NCBI GenBank assembly: GCA_027460535.1
Contig: JAPZAR010000004.1
Location: 1 to 32,000, forward strand
Direction of reading: 5' to 3'
DNA from: Candidatus Methanoperedens sp.
GTDB lineage: Archaea; Halobacteriota; Methanosarcinia; Methanosarcinales; Methanoperedenaceae
DNA length: 32,000 nt
Shown: one piece after another, positions 28,977-32,000 of the stretch
Layout of the letters: each line of letters starts with the position of its first letter
Numbering within the stretch: the first letter of the stretch is position 1
The notes under the pieces: generated by a model
Told to the model about the DNA's origin: nothing
What the model saw: only the letters and a program-made list of their open reading frames with translations
Databases searched by the model: none
Position numbers and translations under genes: made by a program

Positions 28977-29420
28977 ATGCAATTAAGAAATCTTAAACAA
29001 GTTGTGCTTTCAGCTATAATTTATACGATAATGGCACAGGTAATAAACATCGTAGGCACAATTTTCACGATGAGCTATTATACTGATCCTGCAAATTTTA
29101 GACTCTGGAGCAGGTTGATGATGCCAGGGAACGGGCCTCCAGGAACTGAGTTTTTCGTTGCGTCGATTGCTATCGGCTTCCTTGTCGGAATGATTTTCGC
29201 CGGGGCTTATTCCTTCCTGAAGGGATCAATTCCGGGCAAAGGTTTCACAAAGGGAATCAACTTTGGTTTATTGCTATATTTGGTTTCGGGTGTGCCCTTC
29301 ACGCTTACAACATACCTGCTTCTTGCAGTGCCTGCCTTGCTTCTTCTGGACTGGGCGGTAAGTTCACTGGTTATTTATCTAATAATTGGGGCTGCCTTTG
29401 CTAAGATAATCGTGGATTGA
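28977..29420 (+). CDS. Small integral membrane protein, function unknown
   Basis: 147 aa with ~4 hydrophobic helices. ATG lies 4 nt after GGAGGT. No family recognised. Confidence 0.6.
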   Translation: MQLRNLKQVVLSAIIYTIMAQVINIVGTIFTMSYYTDPANFRLWSRLMMPGNGPPGTEFFVASIAIGFLVGMIFAGAYSFLKGSIPGKGFTKGINFGLLLYLVSGVPFTLTTYLLLAVPALLLLDWAVSSLVIYLIIGAAFAKIIVD

Positions 29421-29492
29421 GAAAAAATGTAAAATCCGCATTAATGGATTCAAGTTGAAATTCATTTCACCGTATGGCTCATATTAATGAAA

Positions 29493-29567
29493 GTGCTCCG
29501 ATGGGGATTTGAACCCCAGTCGTCAGAGTGAGAGTCTGACATGATTGGCCGTGCTACACTATCGGAG
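29493..29567 (-). tRNA. tRNA-Glu (anticodon CTC)
   Basis: The reverse complement is GCTCCGATAGTGTAGCACGGCCAATCATGTCAGACTCTCACTCTGACGACTGGGGTTCAAATCCCCATCGGAGCA. Acceptor GCTCCGA/TCGGAGC. Anticodon arm TCAGA-CTCTCAC-TCTGA, giving CTC. Confidence 0.88.
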
Positions 29568-29612
29568 CGCGGATACTGAAACTCCTTTTCTGGATATTAA
29601 AGTATCGTTTTA

Positions 29613-29697
29613 ACGCCGAGGAGGAGATTTGAACTCCTGCTGTGCGTAGCACAACTGGTTTTCAAGACCAGCGCCTTAGGCCGCTTGGCTACCTCGG
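29613..29697 (-). tRNA. tRNA-Ser (anticodon TGA), long variable arm
   Basis: The reverse complement is GCCGAGGTAGCCAAGCGGCCTAAGGCGCTGGTCTTGAAAACCAGTTGTGCTACGCACAGCAGGAGTTCAAATCTCCTCCTCGGCG. Anticodon arm CTGGT-CTTGAAA-ACCAG, giving TGA. 85 nt with a class II variable arm. Confidence 0.88.
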
Positions 29698-29814
29698 CAT
29701 GAGATTTTTCTGCGGAATGGTCGGCATTGCTTATTAATATTGCCTACATCAAAACATTTAAAATAGATGATACTATAATCATGCTTAACTCAATAAAAAT
29801 TATCAGAGGTAAAA

Positions 29815-30138
29815 ATGACCAGTTTGTTACTAGTCCTATCAAAAGACCCATACACAACAGAAACCCCGGATCTCGTAGTTGATATCGGGATCAATGCAAA
29901 AGAAAAAGGAAACGACGTTTCATTATATCTTATTGAAGATGGCGTTACTGCAGCAAGAAAATCGGAGTTCGGGAAGAAACTCGAGGCGGCGCATAAAAAA
30001 GGGATCAAGATTTATGCGGATGACAAAGCAGTCCTTTCAAGGTCGCTCACAAATAAGTTGATCAGCTGGGTAGAAGTGAAAGAGATAGGCACGCTTCTGG
30101 ATTTCATAATGAATACTGACAGAGTTGCTTGGTTTTAG
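29815..30138 (+). CDS. DsrH/TusB-like sulfur-relay subunit (no Cys)
   Basis: 107 aa. LYLIEDGVTAA and the C-terminal DRVAWF match the DsrH/TusB pattern (L.EDG.YAA ... W). Confidence 0.65.
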   Translation: MTSLLLVLSKDPYTTETPDLVVDIGINAKEKGNDVSLYLIEDGVTAARKSEFGKKLEAAHKKGIKIYADDKAVLSRSLTNKLISWVEVKEIGTLLDFIMNTDRVAWF

Positions 30139-30146
30139 GTGATAAC

Positions 30147-30515
30147 ATGACAGGAAAACAGCTAACCATCGTATCAATAAACGGCCCGTATCGTGACGAA
30201 GGCGTGTTCACAATGATGAGATTGGCCCATGCGGCAAAGGAAAAAGGCATCACTGTTAATTTCTTTAATTATCTGGATGCAACTGTGATTGCCCACAGGG
30301 ACCAGGCTCCCAAAGAGTTCCCCACAGTTGAGACCATCTTCGGTACCATCGTGAAGAAAGGCATAAAGAAACCAAAGGCGGATGCTATCGCATGCATAAA
30401 ATGCACAGATGCGCGCGGTGTGACGAAACAGCAGACCGAAGGCGTCATAATCGGCGGACTTTATGACCTTGGCGAATGGACTGGAGAATCGGATAAAACA
30501 ATTCTGATAGGGTGA
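30147..30515 (+). CDS. DsrE/TusD-like sulfur-relay subunit with the conserved active-site Cys
   Basis: 122 aa. IACIKCTDARGV aligns with DsrE VVCVAAAQRRGI (the Cys78 position). ATG 30147 follows AGGTGA. Confidence 0.7.
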   Translation: MTGKQLTIVSINGPYRDEGVFTMMRLAHAAKEKGITVNFFNYLDATVIAHRDQAPKEFPTVETIFGTIVKKGIKKPKADAIACIKCTDARGVTKQQTEGVIIGGLYDLGEWTGESDKTILIG

Positions 30516-30519
30516 GAAC

Positions 30520-30894
30520 ATGAGCAAGAAAGTAAACATCATCGTGACCCAGCCCCCGTATGGGAAAGAAGATGCTTTCGGGGCAGTGCCAATGGGAGCT
30601 TCCCAGGTCGCAGCTGGAAATGAGGCGTCTTTGATCTTCGTGAGCGGAGGTGTGCATTCCATTGTAAAAGGGCAGAAAACCGGATATGGGGACCTCGCTG
30701 TATGGATAAAGGATGTCCCATCTGTGGAAGCGGAGATAACCAAGAATATCGAAATCGTCAACTTTTTCGCTCTTGACAGGGATATTGCGAAACGTGGAAT
30801 AGCCGATAGTGAGATCATTGATGGAATAAAGAAGATCTCACTTGATGAGCTCACGGACAGGATACTCGAAGCGGACGTGAACCTGGTATTTTGA
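30520..30894 (+). CDS. DsrF/TusC-like sulfur-relay subunit
   Basis: 124 aa with PPYGKEDA, FVSGGVHSIVKGQ, AKRGI and a terminal LVF, matching the DsrF/TusC pattern. It has no Cys. Confidence 0.65.
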   Translation: MSKKVNIIVTQPPYGKEDAFGAVPMGASQVAAGNEASLIFVSGGVHSIVKGQKTGYGDLAVWIKDVPSVEAEITKNIEIVNFFALDRDIAKRGIADSEIIDGIKKISLDELTDRILEADVNLVF

Positions 30895-31130
30895 TGACAG
30901 AAATAATTCCGGATGAGACGATTGATGTGAGAGGAGAGTGCTGCCCATATCCTCTCATCCTGACCAAAAAAAAGGTGGAGCAGTTAAAAAGCGGAGAGAT
31001 ATTAAAGGTAATAGCCGACGATCCTGTAGCTCCTCAGAACATCGACAGCTGGGCTAAAAAATCGGGAAATAAACTCCTTGCCGTCCAGCAGGAAGGTAAC
31101 ATTTTCAATATATATGTCCAGAGAACCTAG
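30891..31130 (+). CDS. tusA: TusA/SirA-family sulfurtransferase
   Basis: 79 aa with DVRGECCPYPLILTKKKV, which is the CPxP active-site box. The start overlaps the upstream stop (ATGA). Confidence 0.85.
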   Translation: MMTEIIPDETIDVRGECCPYPLILTKKKVEQLKSGEILKVIADDPVAPQNIDSWAKKSGNKLLAVQQEGNIFNIYVQRT

Positions 31131-31696
31131 GCTTTCCCTGTAGATTCCCCCAGCACTACCCCTGTAGCTATAAGATGAGCAACGCGAAGGGGCTCAGGGA
31201 TGTTGCTGTGAGTTGAGGTTTTTTTCACGATCTCGATAGCGCTTTTTTTATCGATCCCGCAAACCTGAATAAAAACGGGATTCTCCTGTTCGATCTCGTG
31301 GATCTTTCCAGCGCTTCTTATTATCTCCCATCGTTTTTCTTTCTCAGGCAGATTTTCGAGGGCAAGCCTGATTTTTTCAAAATCGGGGCATGACCGCATA
31401 AAAACGATGACAGGAATATTTGTTTCACTGAAAAGCCTGTTTATGTCCACAGGATTGAATCCTGCGTATGTGACGCCGTCAAGCATAGTTGCCCTTATCT
31501 GGGAATAATATTTAGAGTTCTTTATCATCCCTGCAATGATCTCTGTTGCATCCATACCGTCTTTCGTTATCTCAGAACAAAGAACGCCATCGAGCTGCTC
31601 ACCTCCCCGGAAAAAAGCCCCTATTATCGTAACCCGTTCATAGATAATAGCCGAATCATCGATGGCAAGAATCCTTATCTGGGATTTTATGTGCAT
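31127..31696 (-). CDS. DUF99/UPF0215-family protein (endonuclease-V-like fold family)
   Basis: 189 aa. ILAIDDSAI...GAFFRGGEQLDGVL...TKDGMDATE resembles the DUF99 consensus. It is convergent with tusA, and the stops overlap in CTAG. Confidence 0.55.
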   Translation of the reverse strand: MHIKSQIRILAIDDSAIIYERVTIIGAFFRGGEQLDGVLCSEITKDGMDATEIIAGMIKNSKYYSQIRATMLDGVTYAGFNPVDINRLFSETNIPVIVFMRSCPDFEKIRLALENLPEKEKRWEIIRSAGKIHEIEQENPVFIQVCGIDKKSAIEIVKKTSTHSNIPEPLRVAHLIATGVVLGESTGKA

Positions 31697-31773
31697 TGTT
31701 TTCTTTTAGATATGAAATTTTATATAACTTTCTGTCGATGATTTTAATATCGTCTGTTACAATACCAGAATGC

Positions 31774-32000
31774 ATGAAATTTGCCAAGAAATGTCCCAAA
31801 TGCGGCGGTGAAATTCAGACAAAGAGCATTAAAAAGTCCATAGGGCTTGGGTTCGTTGATATCCCGGTAGCTCAGTTCTGCCTGAATCCCCAGTGCGACT
31901 GGTATCAGGATTTTTCGGAGGCAAAAAAACCTGAAGAAATAAGAGACGGAGTGCTTCAGATAAAAGTTCCAAGAATCAAATATAAGATGCCTGAAATAAA
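31774..32000 (+). CDS. Partial ORF for a zinc-ribbon protein (continues beyond the window)
   Basis: My own translation: MKFAKKCPKCGGEIQTKSIKKSIGLGFVDIPVAQFCLNPQCDWYQDF.... The CPKC...CLNPQC pairs suggest a zinc ribbon. The frame is open to the window end. This ORF is not in the track. Confidence 0.4.
   Translation, partial: MKFAKKCPKCGGEIQTKSIKKSIGLGFVDIPVAQFCLNPQCDWYQDFSEAKKPEEIRDGVLQIKVPRIKYKMPEI

Noticed and set aside
30174-30854. 226-aa ORF antisense to the dsrE-like and dsrF-like genes
   Set aside because: It spans two sense genes that have clear family motifs, good SD sequences and tight coupling. The antisense translation is Ser/Phe/Cys-rich with no recognisable domain and no SD.

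Overview
This is an archaeal chromosomal window. I infer a Methanomicrobia / Methanosarcinales-ANME-like organism from the euryarchaeal 16S-tRNA(Ala)-23S-5S layout, a PGF-CTERM protein, and DUF1724/FilR1-type and HTH_10 regulators.

Layout:
- 1-3857: 3' part of an rRNA operon. The 23S gene is only ~2.57 kb and lacks two internal blocks that are normally universally conserved.
- 3.9-8.7 kb: FlaK-like prepilin/preflagellin peptidase, tRNA-Thr, a secreted di-haem cytochrome c peroxidase, a DUF362 protein and a YdjM-like membrane hydrolase.
- ~8.7-23.2 kb: visibly more AT-rich than its flanks and looks accessory. It holds (i) a tightly translationally coupled 7-gene minus-strand operon and (ii) a 5-gene minus-strand operon.
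  - Operon (i) encodes, in order: a GGR-like flavoenzyme, a multi-domain Fe-S/DUF116 protein, a protein-prenyltransferase-beta-like alpha/alpha barrel, a MoaD/ThiS-type ubiquitin-like protein ending in GG, a threonine-synthase-like protein whose PLP lysine is Glu, a COG0523 GTPase and a MIP channel. A UbiA-family prenyltransferase is transcribed divergently, and a FilR1-type regulator and a solitary IS3 orfA remnant lie next to it.
  - Operon (ii) encodes an ArsA/Get3-type ATPase, a small CC-motif ArsD-like protein, a PGF-CTERM surface protein and a MacB/FtsX-type ABC transporter. An HTH_10 regulator is transcribed divergently.
- 23.2-32 kb: nitroreductase, a SAM methyltransferase, an M24 peptidase, a tupABC tungstate-type ABC transporter with a ModE-like regulator, a small membrane protein, tRNA-Glu and tRNA-Ser, a dsrH-dsrE-dsrF-tusA sulfur-relay cluster, a DUF99 protein and a partial zinc-ribbon ORF.

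No CRISPR array, intact IS element or prophage was seen. The best candidate for an undescribed system is the isoprenoid plus sulfur-carrier operon at 9.2-17 kb. Its function is inferred only from domain logic.
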